Assembly (NCBI GenBank): GCA_964187785.1
Contig: OZ076416.1
Location: 10,974,001-11,038,000 of the forward strand
Direction of reading: 5' to 3'
DNA: 64,000 nt
Origin: Amphiscolops sp. MND2022
Taxonomy: Eukaryota
Below, piece by piece: positions 63,499 to 64,000 of this stretch; positions within the stretch are counted from its first letter, which is position 1; every line of letters starts with the position of its first letter. Position numbers and translations under genes: made by a program. Below the pieces are notes generated by a model that saw only the letters and a list, made by a program, of their open reading frames with translations, ran no database searches and was not told where the DNA came from.

Positions 63499-64000
63499 AA
63501 CTTTGACATAATTCCACACTATCGAAAATGACAGAATCGGAACACTCATTACAGCGTGCGTGCAGTTCACTCACGACCTGGAATGATTTTGAGCTGCTCG
63601 CAAAAGTGCCGCCGGAGTTCCAACAGAACTTGGGCGGAACATTGCTGGTGACTTTACGAACAGAAAAAAAACGAACAAACTCACCTCAAGGTGTCAACAA
63701 AATTCCTTGCTTCACACGCGCCATCTTCCGAAATTCAACCTTCTACTGACGTGTTAGAGTACTAATAGAGCAACGACAGGGCCGGATTTGTGAATCCGCT
63801 ATATACAGCGAAGTATCTTTTGAAAACAACAGAGACCTCCGCATCCTGAAAGAAAATCGTCATCACAATGTAGAACGCTATGAAATTGCGCTTCCTTAGA
63901 ATTCATCTGCATTTTCCACAAAAACCGTCGTTTCCGCAATCAGTCAAACCTGTAGTCTTGAAAACCGACTGAGAGACCAACCGAAAGTCCTTGAGAAGTA

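Overview
AT-rich eukaryotic genomic DNA, probably from an invertebrate animal (inferred from the spliced gene and Ty3/Gypsy load; the species cannot be determined). Most of the window is nested and decayed transposable elements, and there is one 200-N scaffold gap (51662-51861). Main contents: (1) a decayed Ty3/Gypsy gag-pol (1-4808), followed by an antisense Zn-finger/hAT-transposase-like ORF block interrupted by an array of ~40-bp hairpins, then a ~3-kb LTR-like block carrying its own ORF; (2) a spliced minus-strand gene whose reconstructed 939-aa product is a NERD-like nuclease fused to a Schlafen/UvrD-like SF1 helicase, interrupted in its last exon by a 257-bp hAT-type MITE, with a second partial copy at 57984-59623; (3) further decayed Gypsy elements with antisense accessory ORFs (27600-37859); (4) a tandemly duplicated Tc1/mariner relic; (5) several direct/tandem duplications; (6) one intact single-ORF Gypsy gag-pol (1762 aa, minus strand) with a tRNA-Ser-type PBS and a short LTR. 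All family assignments come from motif recognition by eye; no database search was run.
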